Assembly: GCA_963697965.1 (NCBI GenBank)
Contig: OY969108.1
Coordinates: 34,455 to 98,454, forward strand
DNA: 64,000 bases
Direction: 5' to 3'
Source: an uncultured delta proteobacterium
Lineage (GTDB): Bacteria; Desulfobacterota; Desulfobaccia; Desulfobaccales; 0-14-0-80-60-11
Under the pieces are notes generated by a model. It did not search any database. It was not told where the DNA came from and saw only the letters and a list, made by a program, of their open reading frames with translations. Below, one piece after another: positions 20,712 through 30,871 of the stretch. Both the position numbers and the translations under genes were made by a program. The stretch's first letter is position 1; the number at the start of each line of letters is the position of its first letter.

Positions 20712-21713
20712 ATGTCTTCTTTCAGGTCTTGGCAATCTCTTTTGGGGAAACCGACCTTAAGCAAGTTCCTCCAACTCAAGTTCAATAATCTTCTTTTCCG
20801 GTTTCTGCCCTTCTTCCTATCGAGGTGGTACATCGCCTGCATGGGGCACTTGTACTACCTGCTGAACCGGCGGGATAAGGCCCTGATCGTCGCGACCATC
20901 CGCCACGTATGCCGCGGCAGGATCTCCTCCGAGGAGACCCGCCGGAAGACCAAAGGGGCCTTTAGGGGGATCTTCGACCATTATCATGAAAAACTCTTCG
21001 TCGGGTATTCCAACTTTCCCAAGTTACTCGATTTCTTCAGGACCCGGCTACGGTTCCACGGTGAGGAACAGCTGAGGGAAACCCTGGCGGCCGGCAAGGG
21101 CGTCATTCTGGTAACCGGCCATTTCGGTGCGGTGGAATTACTGCCGGGCACCCTGGCGGCAAACGGCTTTCCCACCACCATGATCTGCCGCTTCCAGACC
21201 AACCGGCTCCGGGAAACCCTGGGTCGCCGGGCCGAATGGATCGGCTTGCAACTGATCGACGCGGATCGAGGGAACAGCTTCCTCGCCGCCACTAAGGCCC
21301 TCAAAGCGGGGAGGGTCCTCATCACCGAGTGCGATGAATTCGATGAATGGCGGCCCGACCAGGGGCAGGGAGCCTCCTTTCTCGATAGCCGGCTCACGGG
21401 GGACCGCACCCTGGAAATTTTGGGCAAGCGTTCCGGCGCCCCGGTGGTCGCCGCCATGGTGAAACGGGATGGGGGGCAACAATATACCTGTCACCTCACC
21501 CCGCTGGACAATGGCGCCCCTCCGGTAAACATGTCCATCAGCCAAAGGTGTCTCAATATCCTGGATGCTTCGGTGAAGGCCTATCCGGAGCAATGGTATC
21601 AATGGAAGAAGTTTGGTAAACTGATCAACATTGAACCGGGGGTGGGGCGTGATCGTCCGCAAGCTGGATATTTGGCACCTGAAATTGCCCTTTCTTTACC
21701 CGATCAGGCATAA
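20712..21713 (+). CDS. Lysophospholipid/lipid A (LpxL-like) acyltransferase
   Basis: GVILVTGHFGAVE and PEQWYQW motifs. Confidence 0.85.
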   Translation: MSSFRSWQSLLGKPTLSKFLQLKFNNLLFRFLPFFLSRWYIACMGHLYYLLNRRDKALIVATIRHVCRGRISSEETRRKTKGAFRGIFDHYHEKLFVGYSNFPKLLDFFRTRLRFHGEEQLRETLAAGKGVILVTGHFGAVELLPGTLAANGFPTTMICRFQTNRLRETLGRRAEWIGLQLIDADRGNSFLAATKALKAGRVLITECDEFDEWRPDQGQGASFLDSRLTGDRTLEILGKRSGAPVVAAMVKRDGGQQYTCHLTPLDNGAPPVNMSISQRCLNILDASVKAYPEQWYQWKKFGKLINIEPGVGRDRPQAGYLAPEIALSLPDQA

Positions 21714-22782
21714 CCTGATGACCCACCAGGGGTCTGAAAACCTGGTGGTCAAGGTGACCGCCGACAGTCCCCGGCCGGGGTATGGGGAAGGGGTTCCCCG
21801 GAGCTTCGTCACCGGAGAGGACCTGCCGTCCAGCCTCACCTTCCTCAAGGGGACCCTGGCCCCTGCCATCGTGGAAAAGGAGTTCACTTCACCTCCGCAG
21901 CTTCTGAAGGCATTGACCGAGCTGTTTCGCCAAACCGGCGGAGAGCGGCATCCCGGGGCCTTTTGCGCCCTGGAAACCGCGCTGCTGGATGCCGCCGGCC
22001 AGGCTTGGGACCTGCCTCTGCAGGCCTTCCTGGGAGCCAAAGGTGACGCCCCCCTGATCTACAGCGCGGTGATCCCCATGGGGACGCCGGAGAAGATAGC
22101 TCAGTTCCTGCACCTGGTGAAAAAACTGCAGATGCCTTTCCTGAAGCTGAAGGTGGGGAGCCAGGGCGATCTGGAAAACCTGAAGCTGGCCCGGGAGATC
22201 CTGGGTGAGCAGGTCGATATCCGGGTGGACGCCAACTGTGCCTGGACCGCTGCCGAGGCCGTCCAGCGCCTCCGGGAGATGCAACCTTACCGGATCAGCG
22301 CCGTGGAGCAACCGGTGGCCAAGGATGATCTGGAAGGCCTGCGGGAAGTGGGCGCCGGGACCGGGTTGCCCGTCATCGCCGATGAGTCATTGTGCCACGA
22401 AGGGGACGCCCAAAGATTGATCGACCTTAAGGCTTGCCAGATCTTTAATATCCGTCTGTCCAAATGCGGCGGCCCGGGGGCCGCCACCCGGATCCGGCGG
22501 ATGGCCGCGGCGGCGGGGATGCGCTACCAGGTGGGCTGCCACGTGGGAGAAACCAGCATCCTTTCCGCCGCCGGCCGCCACTTCGCCCTCTGTGCCCCGG
22601 CTCCGGCCTATTTGGAAGGCTCCTTTTCCCCTTTCCTGTTTGCCCGGGAGCCGGTGGCCCAGAGCGTCATTTTCGGACCCGGGGGAGCGGCCCCGCCCCT
22701 TCCCGGCCCCGGCCTGGGGATCGAAGTTCTCGAGGCCGCTTTGCCTGATCTCGCCCTCGCCCACTTCCAAGTGGGCGGCTAA
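21649..22782 (+). CDS. Enolase-superfamily enzyme (muconate cycloisomerase/dipeptide epimerase-like)
   Basis: KLK, VDAN, EQP and ADES metal/catalytic motifs; the GTG start overlaps the upstream gene. Confidence 0.85.
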   Translation: MIVRKLDIWHLKLPFLYPIRHNLMTHQGSENLVVKVTADSPRPGYGEGVPRSFVTGEDLPSSLTFLKGTLAPAIVEKEFTSPPQLLKALTELFRQTGGERHPGAFCALETALLDAAGQAWDLPLQAFLGAKGDAPLIYSAVIPMGTPEKIAQFLHLVKKLQMPFLKLKVGSQGDLENLKLAREILGEQVDIRVDANCAWTAAEAVQRLREMQPYRISAVEQPVAKDDLEGLREVGAGTGLPVIADESLCHEGDAQRLIDLKACQIFNIRLSKCGGPGAATRIRRMAAAAGMRYQVGCHVGETSILSAAGRHFALCAPAPAYLEGSFSPFLFAREPVAQSVIFGPGGAAPPLPGPGLGIEVLEAALPDLALAHFQVGG

Positions 22783-22958
22783 TCGCCGTGGTGAGCGGTG
22801 AGCAGTGAGCAGCATGCTTCTTAACTCAACCCTTATTCTTCACGGATTAAGGGAATTTGATAAGTAATGAAAGTGATCCTAATGTCAAATCAATTTGCGG
22901 TCAGCAGAGAGAAGTCGGATTTTTCTGCTCACTGCTTCCTGCTTACTGCTCACTGTTA

Positions 22959-24386
22959 TCAGAAATGGTAGGACAGACTCGTGGCGAGGACTTGGGTGCT
23001 GCTGTTATAGCGGCCATCGGCCTGCAAAGGCGCGGGCACCCCGTTGTAGGTGATGACGCTGCTTTTATCGCGGCCTTCCTGAAGGATATAATTATAGGCG
23101 ATTCCCAGGGTGAAGCTCTTATACGTATAGTCGCCCCCCACGGTGAAGATGTGCCGGTTGGCATCCGGCAGCTGGGGGCTGAAGGTGTCATCGGGCACCG
23201 GGGTCAGGTCGTAAATATAACCGGCCCGGATCTTCAGGCCTGCCATGATCTCATAGTTAACCCCGAAGCGAAAGGCGAAGGCGTCATGCCATTTCTCCGG
23301 GGTGGTAACCACCGAGCTGGGAACCCCGTTCACCGGGATGGTACTATCGAGTTTCGCCTTGAGGTCATTGTAGGTGGACCAGCCGGTCCAGGTGGTGTCG
23401 AACTCGAAGGTGAAGGGTTTAAGACGTGCATAAGCGATACCCCAGGTCACGGAAGGGGGAAGGGTGAGGGGGGCCGAGGCGCCGAATTCGGTAGGAACCA
23501 GGTTCGAAAACGGCGGCGGCAGGCTCAGAGTCAGGGAACCGAGGTACTTTACCTGGATGGCGCTGCGATACGAGGCCCCCAGTTTCACGCCGGCCACCGG
23601 CTCGTAAAGGGCGCCGAGGTTATAGCCCCAGCCGCTGCCACTCCCTGCCAGACTGGCTTCGCCGTCGGGAAACTGGAAGCCGTGCACCACATTGGGGGTG
23701 TTTCTAGTGATTTCCACGCTGGACCACATGACATCGAACCCTGCCGCCACTGACAGGTTATCCAGAACTTTGACGGAGGCCACCGGGTTCACGTTATAAG
23801 TTTTCAAGGACGAGTAGGTGCTGAGGTATCTGCCGGGCCAGCTGGACGGCCATTCGGTACTCAGGCCGAAAGGGCTGAAATAGCCGATACCCAAGGATAG
23901 CCGCGGGTTCACCGGGTAGACAAAATAAGCTGACATGGTCTCGGATAACTGGTGCTTGGTCTCCGAGGACAGCCCGCCTCCATCGTATTCCCGACTGGGG
24001 TAATAGAGGAACCCGTTCGTATAAAACGTGGGCCGCTTGATCTGGTTCAGGCCGGCGGGATTGTAATAAATGGCCGAGGGGTCGTCGGCTTCAGCCACGA
24101 AGGCGTTCCCCTGAGCCATGCCCGCGGTCCCCTGGTTCACCAGGGCAAAACCCGCTCCCCGGGCTGCCGGCGGGGCGCCCAACAGGTAAATAGCGGCCAC
24201 CAGCAAGACCAGCCCTAACCAAAGATTCTTTGCCGGGAAATCCGCACCGAAGAAGATTGGTGCATTTCTTATTCTTCTTGGAAAATGGCGGCGATGACCT
24301 GCATCCTGGCCCCAGCGGCGGCCCAAGGGTTCGCAAGCGCTGGAAGCCGGAAAGTCTTTTTCCCGGTTTGACTTAGAGTTCACCAT
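22959..24386 (-). CDS. FadL/OmpP1/TodX outer-membrane long-chain fatty acid transporter
   Basis: ADDPSAIYYNPAG, SPFGL and a C-terminal YHF. Confidence 0.9.
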   Translation of the reverse strand: MVNSKSNREKDFPASSACEPLGRRWGQDAGHRRHFPRRIRNAPIFFGADFPAKNLWLGLVLLVAAIYLLGAPPAARGAGFALVNQGTAGMAQGNAFVAEADDPSAIYYNPAGLNQIKRPTFYTNGFLYYPSREYDGGGLSSETKHQLSETMSAYFVYPVNPRLSLGIGYFSPFGLSTEWPSSWPGRYLSTYSSLKTYNVNPVASVKVLDNLSVAAGFDVMWSSVEITRNTPNVVHGFQFPDGEASLAGSGSGWGYNLGALYEPVAGVKLGASYRSAIQVKYLGSLTLSLPPPFSNLVPTEFGASAPLTLPPSVTWGIAYARLKPFTFEFDTTWTGWSTYNDLKAKLDSTIPVNGVPSSVVTTPEKWHDAFAFRFGVNYEIMAGLKIRAGYIYDLTPVPDDTFSPQLPDANRHIFTVGGDYTYKSFTLGIAYNYILQEGRDKSSVITYNGVPAPLQADGRYNSSTQVLATSLSYHF

Positions 24387-24791
24387 TCCCTCGTCCTTAA
24401 GGAAATGGATTAATATTAGAGATACTTTTTCGGAAAAATCAATTTATTTTTTGTTATTTTGCTATAGCAGTTGTATTAAAACTCTTTCCGCTCCATATAT
24501 AAAAACAATAAAATATATTGTCACTGCTTGGGCCCAAAAAACCTAGCGGCGTTTCCATGTCCAGGGATTTGTAGTAATTTCTTTGACAGAAAAATCACAT
24601 TTCCTGGGATTTTTAGTTGGCCTCCGCCTTGATAGCCTTATACGATATAAGCTTGCTTTCTTTCCCGGGCGCTGCCTGGATACCTTAAGGAAGATACAGA
24701 CAACCTAAACTCTGATTCAAACCCCTCTTAACCGCCGGTTTTCCGGGCTCCCCAACGGCGGAGGGCGGGGTTTACGGAAAAGGAGTCACCA

Positions 24792-26345
24792 ATGAAGACA
24801 GTGGCAGAGAAGATCCGGGAGTTGTCGGAGCGGGAAGCCGAAGTGAAGGCCATGGGTGGCGCCCCGGCGGTGGCCAAGCAGCACGCCGCGGGTAAGCTCA
24901 GCGCCCGGGAGCGCCTGGAGCTTTTTTTCGACCCCGGGAGCTTCCAGGAAACCGACCTGTTCGTCACCCATCGCTGCGTCAACTTCGGGATGGAGAAGGT
25001 GGAGATCCCGGCGGACGGGGTGATCACCGGTTTCGGCAAGGTGGAGGGCCGGGTAGTCTTTGCCTACTCCCAGGACTTCACCTCCCGGGCCGGTTCCCTG
25101 GGGGAGATGCACGCCAAGAAGATTTGCAAGGTGATGGATCTGGCCCTGAAGGCCGGGGTGCCCCTGGTGGGATTGAACGACTCGGGGGGGGCCCGCATTC
25201 AGGAGGGCGTGGACTCTTTGAGCGGCTACGGCCAGATCTTTTATAGGAACGCCATCTCCAGCGGGGTAATCCCCCAGATCTCGGCGATCATGGGTCCCAC
25301 CGCCGGGGGGGCAGTCTACTCCCCGGCCATGACCGACTTCATCTTCATGGTGAAGAAGACCTCCTACATGTTCATCACCGGGCCGGAGGTCATCAAGAGC
25401 GTCACCGGCGAGGAGATCAGCTTCGATGATCTGGGTGGGGCGATGGCCCACAACGTCAAGAGCGGGGTGGCCCAGTTTGCCTGCGAGGACGACGCCGATT
25501 GCCTGCGGCAGATCAGAAAACTGCTCTCATTTCTTCCGGGCAACAACCTGGAGGACCCGCCGCTCGCTGCCTGCAATGATCCGGCAGGCCGGGAGGAGCT
25601 GGCCCTGGACGCCATCATCCCCGACGACCCCCGGGCCTCCTACGATATGTGCGAGGTCATCCGGGCCCTGGTGGACGAGGGTGACTTCTTCGAGCCGCAC
25701 CATCACTTCGCCCAGAACATGATCACTGCCTTCGCCCGGTTGGGGGGGCGGCCTGTGGGGATCATCGCCAACCAGCCGAAGGTCCTGGCCGGCTGTCTGG
25801 ACGTGGACGCGGCGGACAAGGCTTGCCGCTTCATCCGTTTCTGCGATGCCTTCAACCTGCCGCTATTGACCATTGCCGACGTGCCGGGGTATCTGCCGGG
25901 CAGCGACCAGGAGTGGCGGGGCATCATCCGCCACGGAGCCAAGTTGTTGTGGTGCTACTCCGAGGCCACGGTGCCCAAGATCACCCTGATTACCCGTAAG
26001 GACTACGGGGGCTCTTATCTGGCCATGTGCTCCCGGGACCTGGGGGCGGACATGGCGCTGGCCTGGCCCACCGCCGAGATCGCGGTGATGGGGGCGGCGG
26101 GCGCGGCCAACGTCATCTTCCGCAAAGAGATCCAGGCGGCCCCGGACCCGGCGGCCAAGCGCCAGGAGATCATCGATAACTATGAGAACCTGCTCTACAA
26201 TCCCTACATCGCCGCCTCCCGGGGCTATGTCGACCAGGTGATTGCTCCCCGGGAGACCCGGCCGCGCCTCTTGGCCGCTTTGGAAGCCCTGGCCGGAAAG
26301 AGGGAGACGCTGCCGCCCAAGAAACACGGAAACATCCCGGTATAG
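24792..26345 (+). CDS. Acyl-CoA carboxyltransferase (methylmalonyl/propionyl-CoA, 12S-like)
   Basis: GKLSARERL, DSGGARIQEG, GGAVYSPA and KKHGNIP motifs. Confidence 0.93.
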   Translation: MKTVAEKIRELSEREAEVKAMGGAPAVAKQHAAGKLSARERLELFFDPGSFQETDLFVTHRCVNFGMEKVEIPADGVITGFGKVEGRVVFAYSQDFTSRAGSLGEMHAKKICKVMDLALKAGVPLVGLNDSGGARIQEGVDSLSGYGQIFYRNAISSGVIPQISAIMGPTAGGAVYSPAMTDFIFMVKKTSYMFITGPEVIKSVTGEEISFDDLGGAMAHNVKSGVAQFACEDDADCLRQIRKLLSFLPGNNLEDPPLAACNDPAGREELALDAIIPDDPRASYDMCEVIRALVDEGDFFEPHHHFAQNMITAFARLGGRPVGIIANQPKVLAGCLDVDAADKACRFIRFCDAFNLPLLTIADVPGYLPGSDQEWRGIIRHGAKLLWCYSEATVPKITLITRKDYGGSYLAMCSRDLGADMALAWPTAEIAVMGAAGAANVIFRKEIQAAPDPAAKRQEIIDNYENLLYNPYIAASRGYVDQVIAPRETRPRLLAALEALAGKRETLPPKKHGNIPV

Positions 26346-26566
26346 GGCGCGGCAGCGGCTAATCGGGGATCGAGTGTAGCTCCACTTAGGGAAGTGGTGG
26401 GCAGTGCCCACCCTACAGGTTGTGTTTTCTGTTTATTGTTTTCTGTTGCGTTAAGGGGCCTTTGATTTTCATTTTGCCTTCACCGAAAACAGAAAACCGA
26501 AAACCGAAAACCGCCTTTATAAGGTTTTTAGCTGTCAGCAGACAGCATTAACGAGGAGAAGACAAG

Positions 26567-26758
26567 GTGAGTGCCATCAAACCCCAGATCCTGGCGGCTA
26601 TCAGCGGAGCCCTAACGGCCTATTTGGCCGAGGAGGAGACCCCCGCCCCCATGGTTCAGGCCGCAGCGGCGGGGCCGCCGCTAAACCTTTGGGGCCTGGC
26701 GGCCCGCAGCCAGGCCATGCAACTTAGACTGCTGATGCAGCGCCGCAGCCTGAGATGA
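26567..26758 (+). CDS. Small carboxylase accessory subunit (epsilon/delta-like)
   Basis: ILAAISGALTAYL..W..AAR pattern, between the carboxyltransferase genes; GAGGAG RBS. Confidence 0.6.
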   Translation: MSAIKPQILAAISGALTAYLAEEETPAPMVQAAAAGPPLNLWGLAARSQAMQLRLLMQRRSLR

Positions 26759-26849
26759 GTGAGCAGCAGGTTCGGGGGAAACGATCCCGACCTGTTTACT
26801 GCTCACCGCTCACTGCTCACTAAGAAAGCCGACGACAAAGGAGTCACCA

Positions 26850-28811
26850 ATGGCAGGAAAAAACCCCATCAAGTTCACGGACACCACCTTCCGGGATGGA
26901 CACCAGTCGCTGCTGGCCACCCGGATGCGCACCGAGGACATCGTGCCCTTCATGGAACGCATGGACCAGCAGGGCTTCTTTGCCCTGGAGGTCTGGGGCG
27001 GCGCCACCTTCGACACCACCCACCGCTTCCTGGGGGACGATCCCTGGGAGCGCATCCGCACCATCAAGTCCATCTTGAAGAAGACCCCCACCATGATGCT
27101 GCTCCGGGGCCAGAACCTGGTGGGCTATCGCAACTACGCCGACGACCTGGCCTACCGCTTCGTGCGTTACGCCGCCGAGGCCGGGGTGGATATCTTCCGG
27201 GTCTTCGACGCCCTTAACGACATGCGCAACTGGGAGGTCTCGGTTAAGGCCCTGATGGACGCCAAGAAGGCTGGCCTGATGGCCCACTTCCAGGCGGCCG
27301 TGTGCTACAGCATGACGCAGCGGCGCATGGGAGGTCCCATCTTCAACCTGAAATACTACCTGGACTTTGCCAAACGGTCCGAGGCGATGGGGGCCGACTC
27401 CTTCTGCCTCAAAGACATGGCCGGCATGGTCTCCCCCTACGACGCCTATGAGATCATCAAGGCGCTCAAGGAGACCATCAAGATCCCGGTGGAGTTCCAT
27501 ACTCACTACACCAGCGGCCAGGGCTCCATGAGCTACCTGAAGGCCATCGAGGCGGGGGTGGACGTGGTGGACACCTGCCTGTCGCCCTTTGCCCTGAGGA
27601 CCGCCCAACCGGCCATCGAGCCGCTGCTGGTGTCGGTGGAGCAGACGGACCGCCAGACGGACCTGGACCTGGCCCAGCTCATCGAGATCGGCCAGGACCT
27701 GGAGAAGGTGGTGGTGAAATACCGGGATCTCCTGGATACCTCCAAGATGGCCCAGATCGACACCGGGGTGCTGCTGCACCAGATTCCCGGGGGCATGTAC
27801 TCCAACCTGGTGAACCAGTTGAAGGAGGCCAAGGCCCTGGACCGCATCCATGAAGTGATGGAGGAGCTGCCCCGGACCCGTAAGGAACTGGGGCAGCCGC
27901 CCCTGGTAACCCCCACCAGCCAGATCGTGGGCACCCAGGCGGTGATGAACGTCCTCTTCGGGCGCTACAAGATGGTGTCCGCGGAGGCAAAGGGAGTGGC
28001 TTTCGGGCTCTACGGCAAGACCCCGGCTCCCATAGACCCGAAGATCCAGAAGACCATCCTCAAGGGCTACGAGCGGGGGGAGACCCCAATCACCGTGCGT
28101 CCCGGAGAGATCCTGGAGCCGGAGTGGGACAAGGCGGTGGCGGCCACCAAGGGCCTGGCCAAAAACGACGGGGACGTGCTCATCTACGCCCTCTATCCCA
28201 CTACCGGAAGCCGCTTCCTGAAATGGAAGTATGGGATGGAGGCGGTGCCGGAGGAAGTGAAGGGCAAGACCCTGGAGCAGATCAAGCTGGAAGACGAAGT
28301 CTACAAAACCATCAAGCAAAAGAACCTGTTTGCCAAGGTAAAAGAGCTGCTGGCTACCCTGGAGAAGGCGCCCCCGGCCAAGGGAGCGGGTCTGAGGACC
28401 TTCAACGTCTTTGTGGATGGCCAGTATTACGAGGTGGAGGTAGAGGCGCTAGGCGGCGCCCCGGTGCTCACCGCGGTGACCCCCAAGGCCGCGCCTGCGC
28501 TGGCGGCGGCTCCGGCTCCAGCTCCGGCTCCAGCCCCGGCTCGGGCCCCGGTGTCCACAGCGGCGGCAGCCTCCCAGCAGGCCCTGGCCGCGGGGGATGT
28601 GCCCCTCAAGGCCCCCATGCCTGGGATGATCATCAGCTACAGCGTCCAGGTGGGGGACAAGGTGGCCAGCGGCGATCTGGTCTGCGTCCTGGAGGCCATG
28701 AAGATGCAGAACTCCCTGCCGGCCCCAGCCGCCGGGGTGGTCAAGGCCATCAACTTCGACCCCGGCGCCTCCGTGGCCAAGGACACCGTCATCCTGGTCA
28801 TCGGTAAATAA
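26850..28811 (+). CDS. Pyruvate/oxaloacetate carboxyltransferase (5S-like) fused to a biotin carrier domain
   Basis: RDGHQSLLATR, WGGATFD, KDMAG and HTH motifs; Ala/Pro linker; biotinylation site EAMKM. Confidence 0.92.
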   Translation: MAGKNPIKFTDTTFRDGHQSLLATRMRTEDIVPFMERMDQQGFFALEVWGGATFDTTHRFLGDDPWERIRTIKSILKKTPTMMLLRGQNLVGYRNYADDLAYRFVRYAAEAGVDIFRVFDALNDMRNWEVSVKALMDAKKAGLMAHFQAAVCYSMTQRRMGGPIFNLKYYLDFAKRSEAMGADSFCLKDMAGMVSPYDAYEIIKALKETIKIPVEFHTHYTSGQGSMSYLKAIEAGVDVVDTCLSPFALRTAQPAIEPLLVSVEQTDRQTDLDLAQLIEIGQDLEKVVVKYRDLLDTSKMAQIDTGVLLHQIPGGMYSNLVNQLKEAKALDRIHEVMEELPRTRKELGQPPLVTPTSQIVGTQAVMNVLFGRYKMVSAEAKGVAFGLYGKTPAPIDPKIQKTILKGYERGETPITVRPGEILEPEWDKAVAATKGLAKNDGDVLIYALYPTTGSRFLKWKYGMEAVPEEVKGKTLEQIKLEDEVYKTIKQKNLFAKVKELLATLEKAPPAKGAGLRTFNVFVDGQYYEVEVEALGGAPVLTAVTPKAAPALAAAPAPAPAPAPARAPVSTAAAASQQALAAGDVPLKAPMPGMIISYSVQVGDKVASGDLVCVLEAMKMQNSLPAPAAGVVKAINFDPGASVAKDTVILVIGK

Positions 28812-28818
28812 AGCGAGG

Positions 28819-28851
28819 AGCGGGTAAGGGCCGTCCGCCTTTACCCGCTTT
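28819..28851 (+). terminator. Hairpin, candidate intrinsic terminator
   Basis: AGCGGGTAAGGG..CCTTTACCCGCT followed by TT. Confidence 0.45.
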
Positions 28852-28866
28852 CCTTAGGAGGCCGCG

Positions 28867-29148
28867 GTGGTCAAAGTATTGCTGGAGAGAACTATTAAAG
28901 GCAAGCATGTCAAGGAAATAACCCGGCTCCTGAGGATGCTCCGGGTCTTGGCCATGCAGCAGCCGGGATATATCAGCGGGGAGACCCTCCACGAGATTGA
29001 CGCTCCCAATAATTACCTGGTGATCAGCACCTGGAACTCCCTGGAGCAATGGCAGGCATGGCTTTCCAATCAGGAGCGCCAGAAACTCCAGGCCGAGCTC
29101 GACGGTTACATGCAAGCGCCCACCCGGACCCGAGTCTATACCTATTAG
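28867..29148 (+). CDS. Antibiotic biosynthesis monooxygenase (ABM) family protein
   Basis: QPGYISGETL..YLVISTWNS motif. Confidence 0.85.
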   Translation: MVKVLLERTIKGKHVKEITRLLRMLRVLAMQQPGYISGETLHEIDAPNNYLVISTWNSLEQWQAWLSNQERQKLQAELDGYMQAPTRTRVYTY

Positions 29149-29250
29149 CCGGTTTGGCTTCCCCGGATGCGCCCGGGCCCCATACGGGTCCTGGCCTGAA
29201 GAGAAAGGATCGGCCCGCTAGTGCCCGGCAACGAACTTGCTTGGAGAAGA

Positions 29251-29525
29251 TTAAGTTATCTCGCAGTTAACTTTAGAACCTGGTAGTTTCAACGATATAA
29301 ACATATTATACCGATGCAACAAATCCCCTCACTCCTTAGAGGGGACAACACCGGGTGAGGGGTGGCTTTGCATGGTTTTTCGTAGGGGCGGACCCAGGTG
29401 TCCGCCCTGTAGGGGCGGGTTTGAAACCCGCCCCTACCTACTGCCCCCACTTTCGTAGAGGGGGCGCACACATGGGTGCGCCCCTACAAGACCCTTCTAC
29501 CCCCCAAGGGGGCGAGGGAAAAAGC
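29251..29525 (+). repeat. Composite REP/MITE-like element, copy 1
   Basis: ATATTATACCGATG followed by three GTAGGGGCG..CGCCCCTAC-type palindromes; shared with copies at 37700, 41428 and 56140. Confidence 0.85.
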
Positions 29526-29583
29526 TCCGCAAGACGCCTTTGGGTGTCTGAACCAGGCAGGTCATCACAAGGAGGAATATTTT

Positions 29584-30513
29584 ATGGCTCGCCCAAAGAT
29601 AACCGTGGTGGGGGCCGGCAATGTCGGGGCTACCTGCGCCCACTGGGCCGCGTCCCGGGAGTTGGCCGACGTGGTGTTGGTGGACGTGGTGGCGGGCATG
29701 CCCCAAGGCAAGGCCCTGGACCTGATGCAGGCCCGGCCCATCTTCGGCTTCAACGCAGAGGTGGTGGGGTCCAACGGCTACGAGGCCACCAAGGGCTCCC
29801 AGGTGGTGATTATCACCGCCGGCATCCCGCGCAAGCCGGGCATGAGTCGCGAAGATCTCATCAATACCAACAAGGAGATCGTGGCCGGGGTGACCCGGGA
29901 AGTGGCGGCCAGGTCCCCCAACGCCTTTCTGATCATTGTCAGTAACCCCCTGGACGCCATGTGTTACGTGGCCCGGAAGGTCAGCGGCTTCCCCAGCCGG
30001 CGGGTCATGGGCATGGCGGGCATCCTGGATAACGCCCGCTATCGCTGCTTCATCGCCATGGAGCTGAAGACGGCGGTGGAAGAAGTTCAGGCCATGGTGC
30101 TGGGGGGCCACGGCGATGACATGGTGCCGGTGGTGAGCGCCACCAACGTCTCCGGGGTGCCGCTCACCAGTCTGCTGTCCAAAAAGCGGATTGCCGCCCT
30201 GGTGGCCCGTACCCGCGGCGGGGGCGGCGAGATCGTGGCCCTGCTGAAGACGGGCTCCGCCTTTTATGCCCCGGCGGCGGCGGCGGTGCAGATGGCCGAG
30301 GCCATCCTGAAAGACCAGCGGCGGCTGGTGCCGGTGTCGGCCTACCTCGACGGCGAATACGGCCTCCATGACCTCTATTTCGGGGTGCCGGTGATCCTGG
30401 GAGCCCGGGGCATCGAGAAGATCATTACCCTGAAGCTGAGCCGGGAGGAAGAGGCCATGCTGCGGAAGTCGGCGGCGGCGGTGGCCAGGACCCGGGATGA
30501 CCTGAAGCTGTGA
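29584..30513 (+). CDS. mdh: Malate dehydrogenase (LDH-like)
   Basis: [21 protein letters not shown] and LGGHGD motifs; AAGGAGG RBS. Confidence 0.93.
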   Translation: MARPKITVVGAGNVGATCAHWAASRELADVVLVDVVAGMPQGKALDLMQARPIFGFNAEVVGSNGYEATKGSQVVIITAGIPRKPGMSREDLINTNKEIVAGVTREVAARSPNAFLIIVSNPLDAMCYVARKVSGFPSRRVMGMAGILDNARYRCFIAMELKTAVEEVQAMVLGGHGDDMVPVVSATNVSGVPLTSLLSKKRIAALVARTRGGGGEIVALLKTGSAFYAPAAAAVQMAEAILKDQRRLVPVSAYLDGEYGLHDLYFGVPVILGARGIEKIITLKLSREEEAMLRKSAAAVARTRDDLKL

Positions 30514-30568
30514 GCGGCAGCCTTCGAGGCCGCCGGCCCCCATGGTCCTCTGGAAAAAGAGGCAGACC

Positions 30569-30832
30569 CAGTAGTGTCCGGCAACAAAATTGCATGGAAT
30601 AGGTTACATTATCTCACTATTAAGCTCTAGCCCATGGCAATTTCAGCGATATCACCATATTATACCGATGTAACTAAATCCCCTCTCCCCTGCGAGGGGG
30701 CGAGGGAAAAAGCTTGTAAATTCCATGAATTGATTTGCCAGTGGGCATGCCTAAGCTCAAAAAGATCTCTGGTTTTGGTGGGCAGTGCCCACCCTACAGG
30801 TCTCATAGCAAAAACCCTGCCGGACACTACTG
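30569..30832. mobile_element. MITE-like element with perfect 15-bp terminal inverted repeats
   Basis: CAGTAGTGTCCGGCA (30569-30583) and TGCCGGACACTACTG (30818-30832); no transposase inside. Confidence 0.75.
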
Positions 30833-30871
30833 ATTCAGGCCAGGAATGAAGCAGGCATAAGTGAGAAGAAA

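Noticed and set aside
29380-29490. GTAGGGGCG repeats as a possible CRISPR array
   Set aside because: Units are palindromic REPs with conserved rather than unique spacers, are dispersed across the window, and no cas genes are present.
29289-29583. ORFs 29289-29471, 29355-29945 and the N-terminal extension of mdh; similar ORFs at 37701, 41431, 41523, 44711 and 56081
   Set aside because: They are translations of the palindromic repeat family (VGADPCVRP.. peptides), not genes.
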